Sequence record: NC_010106.1
Strand: one strand, 5' to 3'
DNA from: Escherichia phage phiEcoM-GJ1
Length of the DNA: 52,975 nucleotides
Both the position numbers and the translations under genes were made by a program. This document shows positions 27,004 to 35,674 of the stretch, piece after piece; the first letter of the stretch is position 1, and each line of letters begins with the position of its first letter. The notes beneath the pieces were generated by a model. That model saw only the letters and a list, made by a program, of their open reading frames with translations. It was not told the origin of the DNA and made no database searches.

Positions 27004-27514
27004 AAACAAAGAGAACGAATCAATGTCAATACTAAGAGACAGATTGGTTCAATTACTTCACTACGACGAAGCTACTGGCATCTTTACATGGGTGCACGCC
27101 AACAGTAACAGAGTCAAAGTTGGTGATGTTGCAGGCACTATTGGAAGTGCTGGTTACATCTACATTAAGGTTGACGGGGTACGCTATGGCGCACACCAGC
27201 TTGCATTCATCTTTATGGGTGAAGAAGTTCCTGAAGTAATTGACCATGTAGATACCGTACCTTCCAATAATGCTTGGTACAATCTACGTCCTGCCACTTG
27301 CCAGAATAATTCCTATAACATTGGAATAACTTCCAGAAACACCTCTGGGATAAAGGGAGTTGGTTGGGATAAAGAGAGAAAGAAGTGGGTTGCCAAAGTC
27401 TCACTAAATGGGAAGCAACACACTCTTGGAAGATTTACATCTAAACTTGATGCTGAGGCAGCTGCCAAGCTGTTTAGAGAGAAGAACCACAAAGAATTTG
27501 CAAGGAGTCTGTGA
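26996..27514 (+). CDS. HNH-AP2 homing endonuclease (copy 3 of 3)
   Basis: HQLAFIFMGEEVPEVIDHVDTVPSNNAWYNLR ... GIKGVGWDKERKKWVAKV; immediately upstream of the terminase gene; start GTG 26996 or ATG 27023. Confidence 0.8.
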   Translation: MIKNKENESMSILRDRLVQLLHYDEATGIFTWVHANSNRVKVGDVAGTIGSAGYIYIKVDGVRYGAHQLAFIFMGEEVPEVIDHVDTVPSNNAWYNLRPATCQNNSYNIGITSRNTSGIKGVGWDKERKKWVAKVSLNGKQHTLGRFTSKLDAEAAAKLFREKNHKEFARSL

Positions 27515-29529
27515 TGGCAACTGATGACCTCGGACCGGAGTTTAATGATACAGTAGCCTCGTATCTCGCCAAACACTACGGTGACGTATTAAAAGTCTCA
27601 AGAGAAAGATTCTGTATTCTATCTTTGCCATTGCTCCGTCGATATATTTCAGAAAACACTGCAATAGTTGACAGCTATGAAGAACAAATTCAAGCAGAGT
27701 TAGAAGGCCAGGGTCTTGAAAATGATGCTGTATTGCGTTCCGTTTTCAGAGCACAACTTGAGCGTCTTCGCTCTGGCGACAAGAAAGACTCGACTGCCTA
27801 TGCAGACGAGTTGAAGAAAGGTATTCAAGCAGGTGTTACTGACCGTGTTGCAGGTTCCACATTGGAGGAGCCAAACTCGGAGCATGATAACACCGATGAA
27901 CTTGTAGACAAGATTCTGCATGACCCACATAACGTGGACCCAACTGTAATCCCTGCCAAGGTTGCAGAACGTGTTCGCAAAATCTTGATGAAAAGTTTCG
28001 AAGCCTTTGGTAAATGGCAGTTCCATATTCAAATGGGATTTCCATTTCAAGCACAAGACTTTCACGATGTGATATTCAATGTTGGTCAGAAGGTTGTTGA
28101 TGGCGAGATTGACCGCTTAATAGTGACCATTCCTCCACGACACTCTAAGACTCAGCTTATGAGTATTGCATTGCCCTTGTATTCATTTTGCCACAATGAA
28201 TCAAGCCATAACATTATCACCTCGTATGCAGAAGACGTTGTTCTTGAATCGAGCGGTTACATCCGTGCTGTAATGATGGACCCGCTGTTCCAACGCATAT
28301 TCCCGAAGGTGAGAATCGACCCTAACAAACGTTCTCTTGAACGCTGGGGTACAACCAAAGCTGGAGTTATGCACGCAGTACCTACTGGTGGTAAGCTAAC
28401 TGGTAAAGGTGCTGGACTTCTTGTTGCAAAATACTCTGGCTGTTTCGTGGTGGATGACGTTATCAAACCGAAAGATGCCTACTCTGACACAGTTCGAGCA
28501 GAAATCAACGACCGATTTGATAACACCTTCATGTCACGTCTTGCCAACGATGGTTGCATAACTGATTCGTACGGAAACCAAATTAAGTGTGCCCGTACAC
28601 CAATGGTTATCATCATGCAGCGAGTTCACGACCAGGATTTAGTTGGTTATATACTCCGTGGTGGCTCTTCTGACAAATATCATTATCTCAATATCCCAGC
28701 GATTATTGAGAAAGGTGTCGGAAGTGCTGAATGGTATGATAAGTTAATCAAGAAGCAGAACTACACTCATGCTATTCCCATTCTGTATAATTTGAACAGG
28801 AAGGAAGAGAAGTCTGCATTGTGGCCTTCACGTAAGAGCTTAGAATCTCTGGAGGCAATGAAAGAGTCTAACCCATACACATACAATTCACAGTATGCTG
28901 GCGACCCATCTGCACAAGGCCACGGCCTTATCAAAGAAGATTGGTGGCAAGAGTATGAACCAGACGTTTTCGACAGAAGTCGCATAGTCAGAAGCTTTAT
29001 TACAGCGGATACGGCATCAACTGCCAAGTCCTATTCTGATTATTCGGTCCTTAAGCATTGGGGCGTGACTAAAGAGCGTGATGTTTATTGTTTAGATATT
29101 ATGCTTGGTAAGTTTGAAACTCCAGAACTCAAGACTGCTATCATCGACTTCTGGAACAAATGCAACAAGTTGGACTTGAAGTGTGTAGGTTGTATTCCTC
29201 GTGCATTGTACATGGAAGACAAGTCTGCCGGACAATTCTTGAACCAACAATTTATCAGAGATGGGAGTGTCCGAGTTTTACCATTGCCTCGTGATGGGAT
29301 TAATGGTAATGACAAGGTAACTCGATTCCTTAACGCAATCCCATATTTCTCACAAAAGAGAATATTCTTCCCTGCTGGTCATGAACACATCGACCACGTT
29401 AGACGTGAAATACTTGGATTCACTTCTTTGGGTAGTGGTACTGGACACGATGATTGTGTCGATAACGTTTCAGATATGGTTGCAATCGAATTCTCAGGCC
29501 CAAGTGCCAACTACTCCGCATGGATGTAA
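27514..29529 (+). CDS. terminase large subunit with ~190-aa N-terminal extension
   Basis: P-loop-like IPPRHSKTQL starts about residue 200; size and position immediately upstream of the portal gene; AGGAG RBS. Confidence 0.75.
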   Translation: MATDDLGPEFNDTVASYLAKHYGDVLKVSRERFCILSLPLLRRYISENTAIVDSYEEQIQAELEGQGLENDAVLRSVFRAQLERLRSGDKKDSTAYADELKKGIQAGVTDRVAGSTLEEPNSEHDNTDELVDKILHDPHNVDPTVIPAKVAERVRKILMKSFEAFGKWQFHIQMGFPFQAQDFHDVIFNVGQKVVDGEIDRLIVTIPPRHSKTQLMSIALPLYSFCHNESSHNIITSYAEDVVLESSGYIRAVMMDPLFQRIFPKVRIDPNKRSLERWGTTKAGVMHAVPTGGKLTGKGAGLLVAKYSGCFVVDDVIKPKDAYSDTVRAEINDRFDNTFMSRLANDGCITDSYGNQIKCARTPMVIIMQRVHDQDLVGYILRGGSSDKYHYLNIPAIIEKGVGSAEWYDKLIKKQNYTHAIPILYNLNRKEEKSALWPSRKSLESLEAMKESNPYTYNSQYAGDPSAQGHGLIKEDWWQEYEPDVFDRSRIVRSFITADTASTAKSYSDYSVLKHWGVTKERDVYCLDIMLGKFETPELKTAIIDFWNKCNKLDLKCVGCIPRALYMEDKSAGQFLNQQFIRDGSVRVLPLPRDGINGNDKVTRFLNAIPYFSQKRIFFPAGHEHIDHVRREILGFTSLGSGTGHDDCVDNVSDMVAIEFSGPSANYSAWM

Positions 29530-29744
29530 ATATGGCGGTTATCACTCGTTTAGATGCCCGCTCACGCAAGAACAACTCCTTCCAGATTCAAGATTTGGAA
29601 GGAAACATTTTATGTGTGATTGAGGCAGTTTCTACCACAGAGAGCGACTGTGTTAAGTTAAAGCACGAGTCAAATCTGCGACTCCACACCTCCGACAACA
29701 TTCAAATTGTTAAGGGTAATGGAACTATTCTAAGGAAGAAATAA
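29520..29744 (+). CDS. hypothetical small protein
   Basis: 74-aa ORF between terminase and portal. Confidence 0.4.
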   Translation: MDVNMAVITRLDARSRKNNSFQIQDLEGNILCVIEAVSTTESDCVKLKHESNLRLHTSDNIQIVKGNGTILRKK

Positions 29745-31060
29745 TGACTTCCAAGAAGAAAAATAATCTCTCTGTTAAAGTTGCAGATGGGTTAGAAAAC
29801 CTTGTAACGGGGTTGGGCGGTCAGGCAGATAAGTCTACTTTTAATCAGTGGTCTTTCTCCAACAAGAACGCGAACTATCGCGAACTGATGAACCGCTTCC
29901 GTGAGGATTGGGTATCACAGAAAGTGTGTACCGTTATTCCTCAAGACATGACGCGTAAGTGGCGACATATTGATAGTGAAGAGGGACGCAAAGCAGATAA
30001 GAAACTTCGTATTCGTAAACTGTTCCGTGAGGCGTATCAATGGGCCAGATTGTATGGGACTTCATTTGTTCTGCTCGACCTAAAAGGTACGGGCAAACTC
30101 GATACACCATTGCGACTGGATAACTTGAAGACTGGATGTATTAAATCCATGAGAGTTATTGACCGCTCACGCTTATTTGCCGCAGGGACTATGGTTCTGG
30201 ACCCTTTGAGTCCTCACTATGGTTTGCCAGAGTATTACACTTTGGCTGGGTATCCCGGCTATATCCACTACACTCGTTTTCTTCGGTTCGAGGGTACTGA
30301 ACTGCCGCTGTTCGAATTCCAACGTAACATGTGGTATTCCGATTCGGTACTTATTCCACTGCTGAAAACGATTGACCAATTCTATACAACTGCTGCTGCT
30401 GCTGCCAGCCTTGCTCAAGAAGCCACAATTGATGTGGTAACTGTCGAAGGCTTACAATCTCTGCTTACATCACCGGAAGGTGAAGCTGCTGTGATGAAGC
30501 GCTTCAAACTCATGAAGCTGGCAAAGAGTATTTATAACGTCTTAATTCTCGACAACACTGAGAAATACGACACCAAGTCAATTGCACTATCTGGTGTGAA
30601 AGATTTGATTTGGGAATACTTGAAGATAGTTGCTGCCGCAGTTGGTATTCCGGCTACACGTTTCCTTTCTGCATCTCCAGACGGTATGAACGCTACGGGC
30701 GAATCTGACCTCGTAAACTATATCGACTTGTTGACTGGCTTGCAGACTTCTGTGTTCGACCCTCGTTTAGATGTGGTAGACAAGATTGTCCAAGCGCACT
30801 TTGGCATTGAAGAATATGACTACGAATGGTTAGATATCTTCCCTGAATCCAATGTTGAGAAAGCGAAGCGAGCTAAAGATTTGGCATTTGCTGTTGACCT
30901 GTTGGTTAACAACGGTACTATCACTACCGAAGTTGCAAACGAAGTCATGTTCCATTCGGGCGTGTTCGGAACTTGTAGCCTTGGCAAACCAAATCCTAAT
31001 CCTCCTAACATCCAAAAGGGTAACGCAAGTGAAGCAAAACCAAAACCTGGTTCAGCTTAA
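29744..31060 (+). CDS. portal protein (putative)
   Basis: 438-aa ORF directly downstream of the terminase and upstream of scaffold/capsid genes; AAGGAAG RBS; assigned by position and size. Confidence 0.6.
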   Translation: MTSKKKNNLSVKVADGLENLVTGLGGQADKSTFNQWSFSNKNANYRELMNRFREDWVSQKVCTVIPQDMTRKWRHIDSEEGRKADKKLRIRKLFREAYQWARLYGTSFVLLDLKGTGKLDTPLRLDNLKTGCIKSMRVIDRSRLFAAGTMVLDPLSPHYGLPEYYTLAGYPGYIHYTRFLRFEGTELPLFEFQRNMWYSDSVLIPLLKTIDQFYTTAAAAASLAQEATIDVVTVEGLQSLLTSPEGEAAVMKRFKLMKLAKSIYNVLILDNTEKYDTKSIALSGVKDLIWEYLKIVAAAVGIPATRFLSASPDGMNATGESDLVNYIDLLTGLQTSVFDPRLDVVDKIVQAHFGIEEYDYEWLDIFPESNVEKAKRAKDLAFAVDLLVNNGTITTEVANEVMFHSGVFGTCSLGKPNPNPPNIQKGNASEAKPKPGSA

Positions 31061-32093
31061 CGACGAAGATACCGTGAATGAAGTAGTTTTGTTGAACGAC
31101 AAGGCTACTTTAACGACCCGTCGTTTACGTGACTCTGGCGAAATGATTGCAGAATGCACCATCGCTCGTACTGGCATCATGCTGTACAAAGCGAAAGAAC
31201 TTGGTGAAATTGCAAAACATCTGGACCCAGAATCTATTTGCCGTGTTCGTACCAAGCCGGAAGTATTATTTGACGAAGCAACCATCGAAGGCTGTCGTTC
31301 AATTCCGGTAACTATCGGCCATCCGAAAAATGATGTTAACATCAAGAACAACAAAGAACTCCAGAAAGGGTTCATCGAAGGGCGTCCAGTTGCAGACGGC
31401 TCTTTCTTGGCTGCATCAATCGTTTTGAATGACGAGCAAGCTATTCGATTAGTTGATTCTGGTGTTGACCAAATCTCCTTGGGCCATAATGCTGAACTGG
31501 CTGTATCAGAAGATGATGAAGCCGACTTCGATAAAGTTCGCATTATCCCTAACCATGCTGCAATTGTTGTTCGTGGTCGTGCTCAGACTACTCGCATTGG
31601 TGACTCTGGTGAAGAGATTGCCATTGTTGATAAGGCAACCTTTGACGTTGTTGAAGCAGAGCGTGATGCAGCGCTTGACAAGATTAGTGTCCTTGAACAG
31701 AAACTTGCTGATGCAGAAACTGCACGACTATCCGATGAAGCTATTCAGGCTGAGGTAGACAAACGTGTAGTTGCTCGTACAGCATTGCTTGTTGATGTGG
31801 CCCGTCTTGGCGACGAGTTCTCCAACCTCGATTTCTCCGGCAAGACCGATGCAGAAATTAAGTTGGCTGTAGTTAATAAATTGCATGATAAGGATTTCAG
31901 CGATAAGAGCGAAGACTATATCTCCGCCCGTTTCGATGCGGCCCTTGAAGATTGCGATTCCATTACTTTGGGAGATGCCCTGAATCAGTCTATGCAATTC
32001 GCTGCTAAGAAAGATTCAGAAGCTCGTAAACCTAAAGTTTCTATTTCCGAAGAAGCTAACAAACGTCGTTTAGAACGCTTCAACTCTTTATAA
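31029..32093 (+). CDS. prohead scaffolding/protease-like protein (putative)
   Basis: Between portal and capsid genes; C-terminal region is coiled-coil-like (VEAERDAALDKISVLEQKLADAETARL); the track ORF 30852.. overlaps the portal; start likely GTG 31029 or ATG 31143. Confidence 0.45.
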   Translation: MKQNQNLVQLNDEDTVNEVVLLNDKATLTTRRLRDSGEMIAECTIARTGIMLYKAKELGEIAKHLDPESICRVRTKPEVLFDEATIEGCRSIPVTIGHPKNDVNIKNNKELQKGFIEGRPVADGSFLAASIVLNDEQAIRLVDSGVDQISLGHNAELAVSEDDEADFDKVRIIPNHAAIVVRGRAQTTRIGDSGEEIAIVDKATFDVVEAERDAALDKISVLEQKLADAETARLSDEAIQAEVDKRVVARTALLVDVARLGDEFSNLDFSGKTDAEIKLAVVNKLHDKDFSDKSEDYISARFDAALEDCDSITLGDALNQSMQFAAKKDSEARKPKVSISEEANKRRLERFNSL

Positions 32094-32102
32094 GGTAAGA
32101 CA

Positions 32103-32576
32103 ATGCCAAAGCAAGATTGGTCTATTAATACTGGTGAAGCATATGCAGGTGAACAATATGGCCTGGCTACCACCAACTCCCAGCGCCTGACCTACGTTGC
32201 CGAAGAAGAAATGGCAAACTTTGGTCTGGCTGTTGTTCAAGGCACGGCATCCAATCAGGTTAAGCCTGGTATTGAATCCGACGGCACTGTTCTGGGCATT
32301 ACTATGCGCCAGATTAACATCGAATCTGCTACCCGTCCTGGTGATGGCACTGTTGCAATTAAAGCTGGCTGGCCTCTGGGCGTCATGCTGTCTGGCCCAA
32401 TCATGGTCAAACTGGTAACTGCAATCACCGATAAAGACATTGGCGTATCTGCCACTGGTCAATTTGGTGGTGTTGGTGCTGGCTATACTAAGGCAACCAA
32501 CCTGACTGCCCTGCGTTATCCGGCTGCTGCTGGTGATGTTGTTCCGGTCATGATTAACGTAGTCCCAAAGCCGTAA
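32103..32576 (+). CDS. capsid-associated protein (decoration-like), highly expressed
   Basis: 157-aa ORF with host-optimal codons immediately upstream of the major capsid gene; ends ...NVVPKP with a CCCAAAG heptamer two codons before the stop. Confidence 0.6.
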   Translation: MPKQDWSINTGEAYAGEQYGLATTNSQRLTYVAEEEMANFGLAVVQGTASNQVKPGIESDGTVLGITMRQINIESATRPGDGTVAIKAGWPLGVMLSGPIMVKLVTAITDKDIGVSATGQFGGVGAGYTKATNLTALRYPAAAGDVVPVMINVVPKP

Positions 32577-32869
32577 CGCCACCTCCAGCACCTACAGTAT
32601 CTGCTGTAGCTGCGGCTGTGACTGCGGATGCATCAACTTCTGATGCCACTGTGACTGTGGATAAGTTGTTTACGTTCGGCAACTCTACAGCAACGGACTA
32701 TAATTTCGCTGTTACACCTGCTGTGACTGGTGTTTCTGTGGCGGCAAACGGTACTGTGACTGTCTTGAGTGAGACAACCACTGCCACTTCTGCAACAATT
32801 AAGGCAACGAACAAAACAACCCCTAGCGTAACTGCAACTAAACAAATAGTTATTACGCCGAAGCCTTAA
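32558..32869 (+). CDS. Ig-like (Big_2-like) domain ORF in the -1 frame, probably expressed as a frameshift extension of the 32103 protein
   Basis: The -1 frame is open from 32558; encodes a Pro-rich linker PPPAPTVSAVAAA followed by a Thr/Val-rich beta-type domain; no RBS before its first in-frame GTG at 32618. Confidence 0.5.
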   Translation, partial: RSPKAVTPPPAPTVSAVAAAVTADASTSDATVTVDKLFTFGNSTATDYNFAVTPAVTGVSVAANGTVTVLSETTTATSATIKATNKTTPSVTATKQIVITPKP

Positions 32870-32924
32870 ATTGTACTGGCGCAATTAATCGTTGCGCCTA
32901 ACCAAACAAAATGGATTAAACTAC

Positions 32925-33932
32925 ATGCCAAAGATGATTAAACTGGCTGACGGTTCTGAATTTGAACTGAACGACGCCATCACCCGTATCCAGGATTCCG
33001 GCACTGTTGTCCTGAACGATGACGACGCAGTATTCTTTCAACGCCAGCTTGAGTTCATTGAAGCTCAAACTTACGACACTCTGTATCCTGAACTGGAAGC
33101 TCGTGCTGCTTTCGGTGTTGACACTACTGGCGGCGCTGGTATTAACACGCTGACCTACCGTTCGTACAACCATGTTGGTAAAGCTCAGGTAATCAACGCC
33201 CGTGCAACCGACCTGCCGAAGTCCAGCATTTCTGGCAAAGAATACAGCGTAACTGTTAAATCAGTTGGTACTGCATTCGACTACGATATTGATGAAGTAG
33301 CATCTGCTGCTGTCACCGGTCTGCCGCTGGAAACTCGTAAAGCAAATGCTGCGATTCGTGGTTACGAACAGTATGTGAACTCTGCTGCATGGTACGGCGA
33401 CCAGGCTAACGGCTTCGTTGGCTTCTTCGAAAACCCAGACATTACCAAAGCAACTGTTGCTCAGGGTGCTGGCGCTTCTACTAAGTGGAACGAGAAGACT
33501 CCGACCGAAGTTATTGCTGACCTGACCACTGCTGTGTCTGCGATGTATGCATCTACTCTGAAAATCATGCGTCCTTCCGAAATCTGGATGCCTGTTGAGC
33601 ACGAGCAGTACATCTTCAACACTGCACGTTCCGAGCAGTCTGACAAGACTATTGGTCAGTTCTTTATTGACAACAACCAGTTCATCAACTCCCGCGACAA
33701 AATCAAGGGTCTGAACGCTATCAAAGGTCATGGCGATGCTGGCTCTGATTGTTTCGTAGTTGTATGCCGCGAAGCTATGGGCAACCGTACCTTCCGTCTG
33801 CGTGAACCGCTGCCGTTAACTTGGCAACCAGTTCAGCTGCATGGCCTGATTTATGAAGTACCTGGCCGTGGTCGTTTCGCTGGCTTCCAGGCAATGTATC
33901 CGGCAGCAATCTCCATCAACTCCGGTATCTAA
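32925..33932 (+). CDS. major capsid protein (putative)
   Basis: About 335-aa ORF with host-optimal codon usage in the head module; start ATG 32925 or upstream TTG 32892; assigned by position, size and expression signature. Confidence 0.55.
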   Translation: MPKMIKLADGSEFELNDAITRIQDSGTVVLNDDDAVFFQRQLEFIEAQTYDTLYPELEARAAFGVDTTGGAGINTLTYRSYNHVGKAQVINARATDLPKSSISGKEYSVTVKSVGTAFDYDIDEVASAAVTGLPLETRKANAAIRGYEQYVNSAAWYGDQANGFVGFFENPDITKATVAQGAGASTKWNEKTPTEVIADLTTAVSAMYASTLKIMRPSEIWMPVEHEQYIFNTARSEQSDKTIGQFFIDNNQFINSRDKIKGLNAIKGHGDAGSDCFVVVCREAMGNRTFRLREPLPLTWQPVQLHGLIYEVPGRGRFAGFQAMYPAAISINSGI

Positions 33933-33939
33933 TCCAAAT

Positions 33940-33965
33940 GGCGGGAGAAATCTCGCCTAATTTAA
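33940..33965 (+). terminator. candidate terminator hairpin after capsid gene
   Basis: GGCGGG-AGAAAT-CTCGCC (one G-U) followed by TAATTTAA. Confidence 0.4.
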
Positions 33966-33975
33966 GAGAAATGTA

Positions 33976-34416
33976 ATGCAGCTTAAGAACAACGAAACTC
34001 GCAACCTCCAATTCTTCTTCTACAAGAAGGATAAGTCTGGCAATCCTGTATTGGATTTCGTGCATATTCCTGGCGGTGCAACTGTTGAAATTGATGATGA
34101 AGTGTACAAGGCAATTACATCTTCTGTCACTGAAGTTGAAGTGATGCGTGAAGAAGAAGTTAAGCTGGACGACTCCAACATCGGTGCTGACGTTAAGTCT
34201 GGCAAAGAAGCGCTCGTGATTAAGGAATACTACAGTACGGGCAAAACTCGTAAAGTAAACCTGGTCAAAGAAGCTATCAAAGCTGGCAGCCTGTCTATCG
34301 TTGAACGCGTGAAAGTTGGTATGCCTGACATTGATAAAGTGCTGGCTGCTAATGGCGTGAACATCAAAGATATGCCAGAAGAAGCTAAACTGGCCCTCTA
34401 CGATAAGTTGGCGTAA
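33976..34416 (+). CDS. hypothetical structural protein (head module)
   Basis: 146-aa ORF, co-linear with head genes. Confidence 0.5.
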   Translation: MQLKNNETRNLQFFFYKKDKSGNPVLDFVHIPGGATVEIDDEVYKAITSSVTEVEVMREEEVKLDDSNIGADVKSGKEALVIKEYYSTGKTRKVNLVKEAIKAGSLSIVERVKVGMPDIDKVLAANGVNIKDMPEEAKLALYDKLA

Positions 34417-34806
34417 ATGATAACACTAACCGATTTGGTGAAACGTTATCCGGCTATGGCTGACATGACCCAAGACCGTTTTGATATCTTAATTGAAGAT
34501 GCAAAACTTGTCATGGGGGCAATCGAATCGCGTTGGTGTGGGTTTTATGACCCAGCTATGGCATCACTTATTGCGCATTGGTCTGCAACAATTGACGACC
34601 TAATGCCTGGTGATGCCGCAATGCCAGCTATGCCTGTTAGTCGTACCGATGTGGACGATGTTCAGGTAGAGTTTAGCGACCGAATCATTTCAACAATTCC
34701 TTATGTTGAAGCTGATTTCATGTCTACTGTGTACGGTCAACGTTACTTGCAATGGCGGCGAATGGCATTTGCTGGGCCGAGGGTTAGCCCTGGGTCACAG
34801 TTTTGA
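34417..34806 (+). CDS. hypothetical structural protein (head-tail joining region)
   Basis: 129-aa ORF, translationally coupled. Confidence 0.5.
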   Translation: MITLTDLVKRYPAMADMTQDRFDILIEDAKLVMGAIESRWCGFYDPAMASLIAHWSATIDDLMPGDAAMPAMPVSRTDVDDVQVEFSDRIISTIPYVEADFMSTVYGQRYLQWRRMAFAGPRVSPGSQF

Positions 34807-35165
34807 TTAACCAGCGTCGGGCATTTAACCGCTACACAACCACTCGTATGTATCTTGAGGTATATCAAGAAGGTTACTACGATGACAAAAATAATTGGGT
34901 TGGTGATTCATATGCTCCAAAGAAACCCATCCGATGTACTCCCATACCTTATGGTGACAGGGATTCTGGCGTAAGCGGTCAATCGCTTAAGGCTACAGAA
35001 GTCGGAGAGCGCCAACCTGCATTCATGCAAGTACATTCCCGAACTGAAATGCCGATGAAGTCTATCCTTACTATCTACGGCCTTCGTTATAAAGTTATTT
35101 CTGTTTCTGACTACAAGGCAGCTGGGTTCTTTGAAGTCATTGCTGCTAAGGAGTTAGAGAAATGA
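34803..35165 (+). CDS. hypothetical structural protein (head-tail joining region)
   Basis: 120-aa ORF with TTG start overlapping the upstream stop. Confidence 0.45.
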   Translation: MINQRRAFNRYTTTRMYLEVYQEGYYDDKNNWVGDSYAPKKPIRCTPIPYGDRDSGVSGQSLKATEVGERQPAFMQVHSRTEMPMKSILTIYGLRYKVISVSDYKAAGFFEVIAAKELEK

Positions 35166-35674
35166 TTTACGATGAAGATATTCAGGCGATGAAGGATATT
35201 GTGGACGTCTGTGTTGGCGTCCCACGCTTCTCCTATGAGATGCAAGTAAACGCACCTCGACCATCTGAAAACTATGCCGCAATAAAGTGCGTGTCGTCAG
35301 TTAATCCAGGCTTTGACGAAACTCGAATCGAAGTCCGAAATGGCGAGGAAGTATTTGTTACGAGAGGGATTCGAATCTTAACCTTCTATATTCTCTTCTC
35401 ACGTCGTGGGAGTGAGTATGTTAAGTTTGACAACTCCTTCTTCCGTCCAGATGTTCAGGCTATGCTTAAGAGCAAAGGCTTTGCAACACTTGACAAAAAT
35501 CCACTGAATCTTGCCTCGTTAACTCTTGAGACAAATTGGGAATTCCGAGAAGGAATCCAAATTAAATTCAATGTTCTTCGTGAAGACGTAATGAATATTG
35601 GAACAATGTCTGACGCCAGTGTTGGCGGCAAATTCTATGATGGTGGTGAACCCATCTTAATTAAGGGAATCTAA
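35162..35674 (+). CDS. hypothetical structural protein (tail completion region)
   Basis: 170-aa ORF with GGAG RBS. Confidence 0.5.
   Translation: MIYDEDIQAMKDIVDVCVGVPRFSYEMQVNAPRPSENYAAIKCVSSVNPGFDETRIEVRNGEEVFVTRGIRILTFYILFSRRGSEYVKFDNSFFRPDVQAMLKSKGFATLDKNPLNLASLTLETNWEFREGIQIKFNVLREDVMNIGTMSDASVGGKFYDGGEPILIKGI

Noticed and set aside
30852-31060. 5' extensions of track ORFs that overlap upstream genes (also 25085.., 3944.., 10121.., 12363..)
   Set aside because: These are open-frame artefacts; internal start codons with RBS just after the upstream stop are more plausible and were used instead.
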